54,441 bases of DNA from Acidimicrobiales bacterium (GTDB taxonomy: Bacteria; Actinomycetota; Acidimicrobiia; Acidimicrobiales; SZUA-35): the NCBI GenBank assembly GCA_041594435.1, contig JBFHME010000004.1, positions 1 through 54,441 on the forward strand, written 5' to 3'. The translations under genes and the position numbers were made by a program. This document shows, piece by piece, positions 9,606 through 19,859 of the stretch (within the stretch, counting starts at the first letter, position 1; the number at the start of each line of letters is the position of its first letter). The notes beneath the pieces are model-generated. The model saw only the letters and a program-made list of their open reading frames with translations, ran no database searches and was not told where the DNA came from.

Positions 9606-10904
9606 ATGAGAGTCGAAGTGTTGGCAGTGGGGACCGAACTGCTGTTGGGACAGATCGTCGACACCAACTCGTCGTGGATCGGAGAGCAGCTGGCCTCGGT
9701 GGGCCTCGACTCGTTCTACCAGACGAAGGTCGGCGACAATCCGGCCCGTATCAGGGTGGCGATGGAGCTGGCCCTCGGCCGCAGCGACGCCGTCATCTGC
9801 TGCGGCGGACTCGGGCCGACCCAGGACGACCTGACCCGCGACGTGCTCGCCGAGGTCATGGGCGTCGAGCTGGAGCTCGACGACGCGATCGCCGATCGTA
9901 TCCGTCATCTGTTCACCAGTCGGGGCCGGACCATGCCGGAGAACAACCTGCGCCAGGCCCTGGTGCCGGCCGGGGCCCGCATCATGGAGCAGATGCCCGG
10001 TACCGCCCCGGGACTCGTCTGCCCGGTGGCCGCCGATCGTTCTCCCGACGGCGAGGCCAAGGTGATCTACGCCGTACCGGGCGTGCCGTATGAGATGAAG
10101 GAGATGGTCGAGGGTACGGTCCTCCCCGATCTGATCGCCCGGTCGGGCGAGCCGGCCGTCATCCGATCGCGGGTGCTGCGCACCTGGGGCACCTCGGAAT
10201 CGGGTCTGGCCGAAACCCTCGGACCCCGGATCGACGAGCTCGACCGGCTGGGCAACCCCACGCTGGCCTTCCTGGCCAGCGGGGTGGAGGGCCTCAAGGT
10301 CCGTATCACGGCCAAGGCTCCCGATGCCGAGCAGGCCGACGCCATTCTGGCCGACGAGGAGAAGCTGCTCCGGTCACTGATGGGCGACATCGTCTTCGCC
10401 ACCGACGACGACAACATGGAAACGGTGGTCCTGCGCGAGCTTGGCCGGCGGGGTCTGACCCTCGCCGTGGCCGAGTCGATCACCGGCGGCTATCTGGCCG
10501 GGCGGATCTGCGCCGTCGACGGCGCCAGCAAGGTCTTTCGGGGTGGCGTCGTCGCCTACCATTCCGACATCAAGTTCGATCTGCTCGACGTGCCCCAGGG
10601 GCCGGTGGTCACCGAGGCTGCGGCCCGGGCGATGGCCACCGGGGTTCGCCGCCGGTTCGGCGCCGACATCGGACTGGCCACCACCGGGGTTGCCGGACCG
10701 TCGGACGCCGAGGGCCGACCGGTGGGCACGGTGTGCATCGCCATCAGCGGCCTGGACGAGGCCGGGATCGGGGCCGACGCGTCCACGACCCTGCAGCTTC
10801 CGGGCGATCGGGAACGAATCCGTCAGTTCTCCACCATCGGATTGCTCAACATGCTGCGCCTCCGCCTGACGGCCGACGGCTCGTCGGCGGCCATCAGCTT
10901 CTAG
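9606..10904 (+). CDS. cinA: Competence/damage-inducible protein A (MoCF-like + NMN deamidase PncC domain)
   Basis: VGTELLLGQIVDTN, GGLGPTQDDLT, PGVPYEM, AESITGG, TTGVAGP. Confidence 0.95.
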   Translation: MRVEVLAVGTELLLGQIVDTNSSWIGEQLASVGLDSFYQTKVGDNPARIRVAMELALGRSDAVICCGGLGPTQDDLTRDVLAEVMGVELELDDAIADRIRHLFTSRGRTMPENNLRQALVPAGARIMEQMPGTAPGLVCPVAADRSPDGEAKVIYAVPGVPYEMKEMVEGTVLPDLIARSGEPAVIRSRVLRTWGTSESGLAETLGPRIDELDRLGNPTLAFLASGVEGLKVRITAKAPDAEQADAILADEEKLLRSLMGDIVFATDDDNMETVVLRELGRRGLTLAVAESITGGYLAGRICAVDGASKVFRGGVVAYHSDIKFDLLDVPQGPVVTEAAARAMATGVRRRFGADIGLATTGVAGPSDAEGRPVGTVCIAISGLDEAGIGADASTTLQLPGDRERIRQFSTIGLLNMLRLRLTADGSSAAISF

Positions 10905-11014
10905 GCGTCCAACGCCACGCCCCCGGCTTCCGCATCGCCGTGTCCCCTCGTCGGACCCCGCAGCGGCACGAGCTCCGGGGTCCCGCGGGCGGCGTCCGGC
11001 GGCCGACCCGACGT

Positions 11015-12037
11015 TCAGCCCTCGACGGTGGTGCGCCAGCCGTAGCGGTCCTCGGTGGCGCCGATCTGGATGTCGACCAGGGCCTGGCGCAGCTTCAGCG
11101 TGTTCTCGCCCGGTTGACCGTCGCCCAGGTCGATGTGCTTCTCGCCGATCACGATCCTGCCAACCGGGGCGATGATCGCCGCGGTGCCCGAGAGGAAGGC
11201 CTCACCGTGTTCCGCCCAGTCGACGAGCTCCTCGAGCGGTACCTTTCGCTCCTCGACCTCGTAGCCCATGTCGGCGGCGAGGGTCAGGGTCGAGGCCCGG
11301 GTCACGCCGTGCAGGAACGACTCGTCGAGATGGCGGGTGATGAGGCGCTGGTCGTCGACCAGGAAGAAGTTCGAAGCGCCCGTCTCGGTGATGTCGCCGC
11401 CGGAGGCGAACAGCACCTGATCGACCTGGTGATCCCGCTTGGCGTCAAGGGTCGGGCCCAGCGCCATGGCGTAGTTGGCGCCCGACTTGATCATGCCGAA
11501 CTGCGGCGTGGTGCGGGGGATCTCGGTCTCGACGTAGATGGACAGCGGGCGGATGCCACCGGCGAAGTAATCACCGACGGGTGAGCAGATCACGTAGAGA
11601 ATGCCGGCGTTGCTGGGGGCGGCCGCCGCGCCGATGTTCTCGAGTGTGCCGATGAACGTCGGGCGGATGTACAGCGAGCCCGGCGGTTCGGGCGTGAACG
11701 ACGCGTTGGCCTCCACCGCGTCGATGATGAGCGTTCGCAGGAAATCGGTGTCCGGCGGTTGCATGCGGAGCTTCGTGATGCTCTGGCGCATTCGGGTCAC
11801 ATGATCGTCGAGACGGAAGATGGCGAGCGAACCGTCGATCTGGCGATGGGCCTTCAACCCCTCGAAGCAGGTACTCCCGTAGTGGAGGGCGTGGGTTGCC
11901 GGATGGAGCGAGAAGTTCTCGAGCGGCCCGGCCTGCCCCGAATAGCTGTACACCCCGTCGTTCCATACGGCCACCGTCATCCGATCGCCGAACAGTGATC
12001 CAAAGGGGGCGTTCAAGGGGTCCTTGGTTTCGCTCAT
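11015..12037 (-). CDS. ilvE: Branched-chain amino acid aminotransferase
   Basis: LHYG..CFEGLKA, LYIRP, K.GANY (PLP lysine), GVTR, SGTAA. Confidence 0.92.
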   Translation of the reverse strand: MSETKDPLNAPFGSLFGDRMTVAVWNDGVYSYSGQAGPLENFSLHPATHALHYGSTCFEGLKAHRQIDGSLAIFRLDDHVTRMRQSITKLRMQPPDTDFLRTLIIDAVEANASFTPEPPGSLYIRPTFIGTLENIGAAAAPSNAGILYVICSPVGDYFAGGIRPLSIYVETEIPRTTPQFGMIKSGANYAMALGPTLDAKRDHQVDQVLFASGGDITETGASNFFLVDDQRLITRHLDESFLHGVTRASTLTLAADMGYEVEERKVPLEELVDWAEHGEAFLSGTAAIIAPVGRIVIGEKHIDLGDGQPGENTLKLRQALVDIQIGATEDRYGWRTTVEG

Positions 12038-12057
12038 GCCATAGTTCTACTCGAAAT

Positions 12058-12093
12058 CGGCCGACGAGCCACCGCAAACCGGTGGCGTCGGCC
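12058..12093 (-). terminator. GC-rich hairpin between the lipoprotein gene and ilvE
   Basis: CGGCCGAC(ga)GCCACCG-caaac-CGGTGGC GTCGGCCG. Confidence 0.45.
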
Positions 12094-12128
12094 GACGGCG
12101 ACCGCCGATGCCCGTGGCCCGTCCACGG

Positions 12129-12569
12129 TCAGGGCTCGGTGGTCGCGGTGGTCGTGGTGGTGGGCAGGATCAGCGTCGACGGCGTCGTCTCATCGGGGAC
12201 CGGGTTGGACTCAGTTGCCTTCCTGGCCCCGTTGGCCAGGGCGGTGTGGGCCTCGGGGGTGAGCGACCGTCCGGTGACCACGGCGTACTCGACACTGCGT
12301 TGTGGGCAATGGGTGCCGAACACGAAGTCCTGGAAGCGAAGCTGTCGAGCCGACATCGACGACCAGATGAGTTCGAGGACTCCGGCGTCGGTTGCGCACA
12401 GCGTCGACGCCACCTCCAATCGACGTTCGACCTCGGCCGGTGTCAGATCCTCGCCGGCGATGCTCTCGAGACGCTGCTCGACGGTGATCTCGGGGCTGTC
12501 GTCACCGCACGCGACCAGCAGCAAGGTCAGCGCTGCGAGCAAGGTGAGCGGTCCGAGGAAGATTCTCAA
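12129..12569 (-). CDS. Hypothetical lipoprotein with Thr/Pro-rich tail
   Basis: TTG start, hydrophobic stretch and lipobox LVAC, PTTTTTATTEP tail. Confidence 0.75.
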   Translation of the reverse strand: MRIFLGPLTLLAALTLLLVACGDDSPEITVEQRLESIAGEDLTPAEVERRLEVASTLCATDAGVLELIWSSMSARQLRFQDFVFGTHCPQRSVEYAVVTGRSLTPEAHTALANGARKATESNPVPDETTPSTLILPTTTTTATTEP

Positions 12570-12587
12570 ATTTTCCCACCGGAAGAG

Positions 12588-12616
12588 TTGAACGAACAAG
12601 TGTTCGGAGCTACAGT
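12588..12616 (+). promoter_or_regulatory. LexA-repressed recA promoter (SOS box between -35 and -10)
   Basis: TTGAAC(12588-93)-17 bp-TACAGT(12611-16), with CGAAC-AAGT-GTTCG at 12593-12606. Confidence 0.85.
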
Positions 12617-12750
12617 GATGCCCCGAGGCCAAAGAACTACAGGCCTGTAGTTTTCACTGATCTCCAGAATACCAGTTGTCACCGCTCGAACGCTGCCAGG
12701 GTGCAATCCCCAGATGCTCGTCCGGCGCCCCCAACTGCCCGTCCCGTGGC

Positions 12751-12772
12751 TGTCACACTCCCCGATTAGGGT
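12751..12772 (+). promoter_or_regulatory. RecA-NDp (PafBC-type) DNA-damage promoter of recA
   Basis: TGTCAC-N10-TAGGGT resembles the mycobacterial TGTCRG-N10-TANNNT motif (one mismatch). Confidence 0.6.
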
Positions 12773-12847
12773 GGGCTGCAGTCCCGGTCGGAGGTGTTCC
12801 AGCCGGTCATCCCCCGCCAATCAATCCTGAAAGACAGGAGCAATTCC

Positions 12848-13942
12848 GTGGAGAAGAACAAAGCGCTCGAAATGGCTCTCGGCAACATCGAGAAGCAGTT
12901 CGGCAAGGGCGCCGTGATGAAGATGGGCGAGCGCACCGGTATGGCGATCGCAACCATTCCCACCGGGGCGTTGGCACTGGATCTGGCGTTGGGCGTGGGG
13001 GGCCTGCCTCGGGGCCGTGTCGTGGAGATCTACGGCCCGGAGTCCTCCGGTAAATCCACGTTGGCGATGCACGTGGTCGCCGAGGCCCAGCGCAACGGTG
13101 GTGTGTGCGCCTATATCGATGCCGAGCACGCCATGGATCCGCTCTATGCGTCCAACATCGGGGTCGACGTCGATGAGTTGCTCATCTCGCAGCCCGACAC
13201 CGGTGAGCAGGCGCTGGAGATCGCCGACATCCTGGTTCGCTCCGGCTCGATCGACGTCATCGTGGTCGACTCGGTGGCCGCCCTCACCCCACGGGCCGAA
13301 ATCGAGGGCGAGATGGGCGACACCCACGTCGGCCTTCAGGCCCGGTTGATGTCCCAGGCACTGCGCAAGATCACCGGTAATCTCAGCAAGACCGGCACGA
13401 TCTGCATCTTCATCAACCAGCTGCGGGAGAAGATCGGCGTGATGTTCGGTTCGCCGGAGACCACCCCCGGCGGTCGGGCGCTCAAGTTCTACAGCTCGGT
13501 CCGACTCGACATCCGCCGCATCGAATCGTTGAAGGACGGGGCCGAGGTGGTCGGTAACCGCACCAGGGTCAAGGTGGTGAAGAACAAGGTGGCTCCGCCG
13601 TTCCGCCAGGCCGAATTCGACATCATGTACGGCAAGGGCATCAGTCGTGAAGGCTCACTGCTCGACATTGCGGTCGACAACGATCTGGTGAAGAAATCCG
13701 GGGCCTGGTACACCTACGAGGGCGAGCAACTTGGTCAGGGCCGGGAGAACGTCAAGACCTTCCTGGTCGAGAATCCGGAGCTGGTCATGGAGATCCAGGA
13801 CCGGGTGCTGCGCAAGGTCGGCCTCATCGAAGACGAGAGCCTGCTCAACGCCGATTCCGATGAAGACGCCGACGATGAGGTGACGGCCGGATCGAAGTCG
13901 AAGAACGGCTCGAAGTCCGACCCCGACATCAAACTCGACTAA
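12848..13942 (+). CDS. recA: Recombinase A (no intein)
   Basis: [47 protein letters not shown] start after CAGGAG. Confidence 0.99.
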   Translation: MEKNKALEMALGNIEKQFGKGAVMKMGERTGMAIATIPTGALALDLALGVGGLPRGRVVEIYGPESSGKSTLAMHVVAEAQRNGGVCAYIDAEHAMDPLYASNIGVDVDELLISQPDTGEQALEIADILVRSGSIDVIVVDSVAALTPRAEIEGEMGDTHVGLQARLMSQALRKITGNLSKTGTICIFINQLREKIGVMFGSPETTPGGRALKFYSSVRLDIRRIESLKDGAEVVGNRTRVKVVKNKVAPPFRQAEFDIMYGKGISREGSLLDIAVDNDLVKKSGAWYTYEGEQLGQGRENVKTFLVENPELVMEIQDRVLRKVGLIEDESLLNADSDEDADDEVTAGSKSKNGSKSDPDIKLD

Positions 13943-13990
13943 CAGGATCGGCCGAACGACAAGATCGACCACCAACGTTGGTCACCAACG

Positions 13991-14040
13991 CCGAGAGCCC
14001 GGGGTCCTACTGGTTCCGCCCCGGGCTCTCGGTTCTTTTT
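13991..14040 (+). terminator. Intrinsic terminator of recA
   Basis: 14-bp stem CCGAGAGCCCGGGG/CCCCGGGCTCTCGG followed by TTCTTTTT. Confidence 0.92.
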
Positions 14041-14139
14041 AGTCCAGCCGAGATCGTCGTGCACGGATCCCGAGCCGCAGCGTCGTGACCACAGCCGGAA
14101 TCGACGTGGCGCGAACCCAGCAATTACCCTTTTCTGTTC

Positions 14140-15447
14140 TTGACCACATCGTCTGACACGTCCGGCCCCGTCCCGTCCTCGCCGGCTCCGCCGATGCCGC
14201 TCTCCGACGGGGATCGAGGTCGGCTCCAACGGCGAACACTCCTGGTTCTCTCCGCCAGCGCAGTGGCCGGCCGGGCCGCCATGACGATCGCCTTCGTGGT
14301 GGTCAGCCTCCTGACCAAGGAGATCCTGGGATCGTCGACCTGGGCCGGTGTCGCCAGCGCCGCCATCACCGTCGGCACGGCCCTGAGTTCCTCCGCCCTG
14401 AGCAGCTACATGAACCGGAAGGGCCGGCGACCCGGCCTCGTGGTCGGCTACCTGGTTGCGGCCGCCGGTGGTCTCATCGCCGCGTTCGGTGGACAGGCCG
14501 CCTTGATCATCGCCTATCTCGTCGGCCTGGTTCTGTTCGGCGTCGGTCAGGGCAGCACGGGCCTCGCCCGATACGCCGCCGCCGACCTGGCCAACGACAG
14601 AGACCGCGGCAAGGCGATCGGGTACGTGGTGTTCGCCTCGACCATCGGTGCGGTCGGCGGGCCCGCCCTCTCCGGCCCGGCCGCTCGACTTGGAGAATGG
14701 TTCGGCTACGGACCCTACATCGGTTCGCATCTGGTCTCGGTGGGCTTCTTTCTGCTGGCCGGCCTGCTCCTGTTCGCCGGTCTGCGACCCGACCCGCTTC
14801 TGGCCAGCGGCAAGCTCGACGTCGAAGGACCCCGGCGTGACGGCGGATTCAGTGCCGGGATGCTCGCCATTCGCGCTCATCCGCTGGCCATGCTGGCGCT
14901 GATCGGTCTGGTGGTCTCGCAGGCGGTCATGGTCATGGTCATGGCGATGACACCGCTGCACATGGAGGCCCACGGCAAGTCGGTTGGCCTCGTCGGCTGG
15001 GTGCTGTCGGCCCACACCGCCGGAATGTTCGCCTTCGCCCCCCTGGCGGGTTGGTTCGCCGACCGCTACGGGCGAATCGAAGCGGTCGTGTTGTCGGCCA
15101 TCGTGCTCATCATCGCAACCGTCATGACCGCGTTCGCCCACGAGGCGCCGTCGATCCTGATGTTCCCAGGCCTGTACCTGCTCGGCCTGGGTTGGAGCTT
15201 CGGGACCGTCGGGTCGAGCGCCCTGTTGACCGAGGCCGTCGACGGCCGCGATCAGGTGGCTGCTCAGGGAGCCGCCGATTTGATCAAGAGCTTTGCCAGC
15301 GGAGCCGGAGCGCTGGCCTCGGGCCTCATCTTCACGATGGCCGGCTTTCACATCCTGTCGATGGTCGGCATCGCCGGCTCCGGTCTGCTGCTGGTGGCGG
15401 CATTCACCCGGATGCGTCTTCATCCGCGAGTCGGCCTGGCACCCTGA
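14140..15447 (+). CDS. MFS transporter
   Basis: ~12 TM segments, RKGRRPG and DRYGR loop motifs, ARYAAADL. Confidence 0.9.
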   Translation: MTTSSDTSGPVPSSPAPPMPLSDGDRGRLQRRTLLVLSASAVAGRAAMTIAFVVVSLLTKEILGSSTWAGVASAAITVGTALSSSALSSYMNRKGRRPGLVVGYLVAAAGGLIAAFGGQAALIIAYLVGLVLFGVGQGSTGLARYAAADLANDRDRGKAIGYVVFASTIGAVGGPALSGPAARLGEWFGYGPYIGSHLVSVGFFLLAGLLLFAGLRPDPLLASGKLDVEGPRRDGGFSAGMLAIRAHPLAMLALIGLVVSQAVMVMVMAMTPLHMEAHGKSVGLVGWVLSAHTAGMFAFAPLAGWFADRYGRIEAVVLSAIVLIIATVMTAFAHEAPSILMFPGLYLLGLGWSFGTVGSSALLTEAVDGRDQVAAQGAADLIKSFASGAGALASGLIFTMAGFHILSMVGIAGSGLLLVAAFTRMRLHPRVGLAP

Positions 15448-16351
15448 CGACGGTCAGGTCCTCGGCCACCACCACATCAGGATGAATGGCGCCGGCCTCG
15501 GCGGCGAACCCGGCGTTGTCGGTGTAGCGAGACGAGAAATGGCCGAGCACCAACCGGCGGGCGCCGGCCTCGACCGCCATCGTTGCCGCCTGTCCGGCCG
15601 TGAGGTGACGGTAGTCGGCGGCCAGGTCGGCCTCGGATTCGAGGTAGGTCGACTCGGCCACCATCAAATCGACCCCGCGGGCCAGTTCGACGGCGGACGC
15701 ACACGGAGCCGTGTCCATGATGAACGCGAACGACTGACCCGGCCGAGGAAGGGTGACCTCGGCCACGGAGACGACGCCGCGGTCGGTCTCGATCGATCCC
15801 GTGTCGAGCAGGCGGCCAACATCGGGGCCGGTGATGCCATGTCGATCGAGCGCCGCCTGGTCGACCCGCAGGCCGTCGGCCTCGCGCAACCGATAGCCCA
15901 AGGTCGTGACCCGATGGTCGAGGGGAGCCGCCGACAACGTGAGGGGGCCGATGGAGCCGACCGGTCCGGCCACGGCGATCGGCTTCGGGACGACCTTGCT
16001 CGTGTCGTGGAAGATCGACGACGTGCGAAGTCGTTCGAAGTACTCGACACCGTCGGCCGGAAAATAGACCGGAAGCGGCGGTAGCGTCCGCGTCCCGGAC
16101 CGCGAATCGAGGGCTCGCCGTTGGATGACCCCGGACAGACCCAGGGAGTGATCGCCGTGAAAGTGGGTGATGCAGATGGCGGTGAGGCGGGCCACGGAGA
16201 GACCGGCGAAGATGAACTGGCGCTGGGTGCCCTCGCCGGGATCGAAAAGGATCAGCTGATCGTCCCAGCGAAGGACAAAGCTGTTGTGGGCCCGGTAGCG
16301 GGTGGGGGCCTGGCTGGCCGTACCCAGCACGACCAGTTCTCGGCTGCTCAT
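15404..16351 (-). CDS. rnz: Ribonuclease Z
   Basis: LGTASQAPT..R, DPGEGTQRQ, THFHGDH, EST, HFSSRY. Confidence 0.92.
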   Translation of the reverse strand: MSSRELVVLGTASQAPTRYRAHNSFVLRWDDQLILFDPGEGTQRQFIFAGLSVARLTAICITHFHGDHSLGLSGVIQRRALDSRSGTRTLPPLPVYFPADGVEYFERLRTSSIFHDTSKVVPKPIAVAGPVGSIGPLTLSAAPLDHRVTTLGYRLREADGLRVDQAALDRHGITGPDVGRLLDTGSIETDRGVVSVAEVTLPRPGQSFAFIMDTAPCASAVELARGVDLMVAESTYLESEADLAADYRHLTAGQAATMAVEAGARRLVLGHFSSRYTDNAGFAAEAGAIHPDVVVAEDLTVVRVPGRLADEDASG

Positions 16352-16448
16352 CGCCGAGCAGTGTAGATGCCCCGGCGGGCGGTCTCACCCTCGCCGGTTG
16401 TGCTACCTGGTGCATGGCGGTCGGGCCCGGCTCGCTATTGTCGAAGCC

Positions 16449-17498
16449 ATGCAGCAACTGGGAATGATCGGACTGGGACGAATGGGCGGCAACATGGTTC
16501 GACGCCTGCATCAGGCGGGAATTGCCTGTGTCGGCTACGCCAACAGCCAGGAGTCGGTCGACGAACTCGTGGCCGAGGGGGTGGCCACCGGTGCCACCGA
16601 TCTGGCCGACATGGTGGCAAAGCTGGAACGCCCCCGCGCCATCTGGATCATGATCCCGGCCGGCTTCGTCGACGGTGTCATCGATGACCTGGCTCCCTTG
16701 CTCGATCCCGACGATGTCGTCATCGACGGCGGCAACACGCACTATCCACTCGACATCGAACGGTTCGACCGCCTGGCCGAACAGGGAATCCACTACCTCG
16801 ACGTCGGCACCTCCGGCGGCGTGCACGGCCTTGAACGAGGCTATTGCCAGATGATCGGCGGTGAATCGACGATCGTCGAGCGGCTGCGGCCGGTGTTCGA
16901 GACCTTGGCGCCGGGTGTCGATGCCGAGCCTCGAACCGAAGGCCGCGACGGGAGTCCGGCACCGCCGGAACACGGTTTCCTGCACTGCGGTCCGGCGGGG
17001 GCCGGGCACTTCGTCAAGATGGTGCACAACGGCGTGGAGTACGCCATCATGGCCGCCTACGCGGAAGGCTTCAACCTGATGTCGCGCGCCGGTATCGGCC
17101 GCCACGACCGGGACGTCGACGCCGAGACCACGCCCCTGGCCAACCCCCGGCTCTACCAGTACGACATCGATGTCGCCGATGTCGCCGAGGTGTGGCGGCG
17201 GGGCAGCGTCATCGGTTCATGGCTGCTCGACCTGACCGCTGAAGCCCTGGTGCGCGACGGTGACCTGTCGCAGTACGAGGGCCGGGTCTCGGACTCGGGG
17301 GAGGGCCGCTGGACCGCGCTGGCCGCCATCGAGACCGGTACCCCCGCCCCGACCATCCTGGACGCCCTGTTCAGCCGGTTCTCGTCGCGGGACAACGATC
17401 GGTTCGCGAACCAGGTCCTGTCCGCGATGCGTGCCGGGTTCGGCGGTCACCACGAACGCGTGACCAACACCGGCGCCTCGGATGGGGGTGGCTCATGA
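16449..17498 (+). CDS. gnd: 6-phosphogluconate dehydrogenase, decarboxylating (short form)
   Basis: GMIGLGRMG, DGGN, DVGTSGG, GHFVKMVHNGVEY, DSGEGRWT, MRAGFGGH. Confidence 0.95.
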   Translation: MQQLGMIGLGRMGGNMVRRLHQAGIACVGYANSQESVDELVAEGVATGATDLADMVAKLERPRAIWIMIPAGFVDGVIDDLAPLLDPDDVVIDGGNTHYPLDIERFDRLAEQGIHYLDVGTSGGVHGLERGYCQMIGGESTIVERLRPVFETLAPGVDAEPRTEGRDGSPAPPEHGFLHCGPAGAGHFVKMVHNGVEYAIMAAYAEGFNLMSRAGIGRHDRDVDAETTPLANPRLYQYDIDVADVAEVWRRGSVIGSWLLDLTAEALVRDGDLSQYEGRVSDSGEGRWTALAAIETGTPAPTILDALFSRFSSRDNDRFANQVLSAMRAGFGGHHERVTNTGASDGGGS

Positions 17499-18943
17499 CC
17501 GGCGATCGCACGCACCCCAGGCCCCACGGTCGACCGCCCGAACCGATCGAGATCCCGGCCGCGATCGCAACGCCTCACGGGAACGGCCAGGAGCCGGCCG
17601 ATGCGCTGGTTCTGTTCGGTATCACCGGCGACCTGGCCCGCAAGAAGCTGTTCAGCGCCCTCTACCGGCTCGAGGCCGACGGCCAGCTCGAGTGTCCGGT
17701 GGTCGGTGTCGCATCGTCGAACTGGACCGTCGAGGAGCTGCAGTTCAACGCCAGGGAGGCACTGGAGGAGGCCGGAACACAGATCGACGACGCCGTCTGG
17801 AAACGATTGGCCTCCCGCCTCGACTACGTGTCCGGCGACTATCGGGAGGCCGACACCTTCGAACGGGTTGCGGCCCGGATCGACGGCACCGACTGTCCGG
17901 TCTGCTATCTGGCCATCCCGCCGTTTCTGTTCCCCACGGTCATCGAGGGGCTCGGCGCCACCGAGCTGAACCGGGGACGGGTGGTGCTGGAGAAGCCGTT
18001 CGGTCGTGATCTCGCCTCGTCCCGAGAACTCGATCTGGCGGTCAAGGCCCACTTTCCCGAGGAACGTATCTACCGCATCGATCACTTCCTCGGCAAGGAA
18101 CCGGTGCTCAACATTCTGGTCTTCCGCTTCGCCAACGCCATCTTCGAGCCACTGTGGAACCGGCACCACGTCAGCGGGATCACCATCGACATGGCCGAGG
18201 ATTTCGGTGTCGAGGGCCGAGGCAAGTTCTACGACGAGGTCGGGGCCCTCCGGGACGTCGCCCAGAATCACCTGCTGCAGATCGTTGCACTGCTGGCCAT
18301 GGAGCCGCCGGTTTCCGACGACGCCGACTCGCTCTCCGACGAGGTGGTCAAGGTGCTGCGGGCCATTCGACCGCTCGAACCGGGTCGGGTCTGGCGGGGC
18401 CAGTACGAGGGCTACCTCGACGAGGAGGGGGTCAAGCCCGACTCCGACACCGAAACCTACGTGGCGATCGACTTCGAGATCGACTCGTGGCGGTGGGCCG
18501 GTGTGCCCTGGTGTATCCGGGCCGGCAAGGCGCTGCGGCGGACCCGCACCGAGGCAATCGTGACGTTCCAGGCGCCACCGCGGCCGTTGTTCAGCGACAT
18601 CGAGTGTTCGCCCCGGCCCAACGCCCTCCGGTTCGAGATGAAACCCAACGACGTGATCTGTCTCGACATCCAGGCCAAGGCTCCCGGTGATTCGCTGGTC
18701 AGTGAAACCACCAGCTTGAGCCTCGATCACGATGGCATCGAATTCGGGCCGAGCCCCTACCATCGACTCCTGGGTGACGCCCTTCAGGGCGATCGCCGCC
18801 TGTTCGCCCGGGGTGACCAGGTCGACGTCGCCTGGCAGATCGTGCAGCCGGTCCTGGATGCGCCGCCTCCGGTCACGACGTACCCGTACGGGGCCGAGTT
18901 TCCCGATCCGTCCGGCGGCGGCGAGGTGTCCCGTGGCGGCTGA
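17495..18943 (+). CDS. zwf: Glucose-6-phosphate 1-dehydrogenase
   Basis: FGITGDLARKKL, EKPFG, RIDHFLGKE, QNHLLQ, RWAGVP. Confidence 0.96.
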   Translation: MTGDRTHPRPHGRPPEPIEIPAAIATPHGNGQEPADALVLFGITGDLARKKLFSALYRLEADGQLECPVVGVASSNWTVEELQFNAREALEEAGTQIDDAVWKRLASRLDYVSGDYREADTFERVAARIDGTDCPVCYLAIPPFLFPTVIEGLGATELNRGRVVLEKPFGRDLASSRELDLAVKAHFPEERIYRIDHFLGKEPVLNILVFRFANAIFEPLWNRHHVSGITIDMAEDFGVEGRGKFYDEVGALRDVAQNHLLQIVALLAMEPPVSDDADSLSDEVVKVLRAIRPLEPGRVWRGQYEGYLDEEGVKPDSDTETYVAIDFEIDSWRWAGVPWCIRAGKALRRTRTEAIVTFQAPPRPLFSDIECSPRPNALRFEMKPNDVICLDIQAKAPGDSLVSETTSLSLDHDGIEFGPSPYHRLLGDALQGDRRLFARGDQVDVAWQIVQPVLDAPPPVTTYPYGAEFPDPSGGGEVSRGG

Positions 18944-19859
18944 CGATCGTGATGGCGCCGGCTGTACGGTCACCGTTGATCTCGGGGGGACGAACGTCCG
19001 GGCGGCCGCCGTCGACCCCGACGGTCGCCTGCTCTTCCACATTCGCACGCCGACGCCGCGCCACGAACCCGATCCCCAGTTTCTCATCCACATCATCGAG
19101 GCCGTCATCGGTGACCTGCCGTCGCCAAGCATGGCCGATCGGGCAGTGGTCGGGCTTCCCGGGGTGATCGACCAGGTTCATGAACGGCTGGTCACCGGCG
19201 TGAACCTGCCGGCGGGCTGGATCGACAAGATCAACGAGGACTGGATTGCCGATCAGATCGGCATGGAGGTGAGCCTGGCCAACGACGCCGATCTCGCCGC
19301 CGTCGGTGAATCGGAGTTCGGCGCCGGCCGCGACTACCGCGACGTCGTCTATGTGACGATCTCGACCGGTGTCGGAGCCGGTCTGGTGGTCGACGGCCGT
19401 CTGGTTCAGGGCAGCCTGTCGGGCGGCGAGCTCGGTCACACCGTCATCGATTGGAAGGCCGCCCAGCGGGGCGAACCGTCGACGGTCGAGGACCTGGGCT
19501 CCGGAACGGCGATCGATCGGGCGGCAGCGCGAGCCGGATTGGCTGAGCGAGGCGCCGATCTGGCCGGGCTGGTGGCCGCCGGGTCGGAGCCGGCGGCCGG
19601 CATCTGGAACCATGCCGTCGAGGCCGTCGGGATCGGCATCGCCAACATGGCCTGGCTGGTCGCCCCACAAATCGTTGTCGTCGGCGGCGGGGTCGGCCGC
19701 AATGCCGATCTGGTCCTCCCCGTCATCCGCCGCCAACTCGAGCGGTTCGGTCCGTCCTTCTCCGCCGACATCGAGCTGGCCACCGTCGAGCTCGGTGATG
19801 ACGCCGCACTGATCGGGGGAGCGGCCTGGTATCGGGCGATCGGGCGGGACGATCCGTGA
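18933..19859 (+). CDS. ROK-family sugar kinase (glucokinase-like)
   Basis: DLGGTN, NDADLAA.GE, STGVGAG, GELGH, GGGV. Confidence 0.88.
   Translation: MAADDRDGAGCTVTVDLGGTNVRAAAVDPDGRLLFHIRTPTPRHEPDPQFLIHIIEAVIGDLPSPSMADRAVVGLPGVIDQVHERLVTGVNLPAGWIDKINEDWIADQIGMEVSLANDADLAAVGESEFGAGRDYRDVVYVTISTGVGAGLVVDGRLVQGSLSGGELGHTVIDWKAAQRGEPSTVEDLGSGTAIDRAAARAGLAERGADLAGLVAAGSEPAAGIWNHAVEAVGIGIANMAWLVAPQIVVVGGGVGRNADLVLPVIRRQLERFGPSFSADIELATVELGDDAALIGGAAWYRAIGRDDP

Noticed and set aside
12848-13942. Intein in RecA (also checked NrdJ)
   Set aside because: Both proteins are of normal length with contiguous motifs.
13943-14139. recX downstream of recA
   Set aside because: No such ORF; a strong terminator follows recA.
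15404-15447. 44-bp convergent overlap of MFS and rnz
   Set aside because: Short 3' overlaps are ordinary in high-GC genomes.
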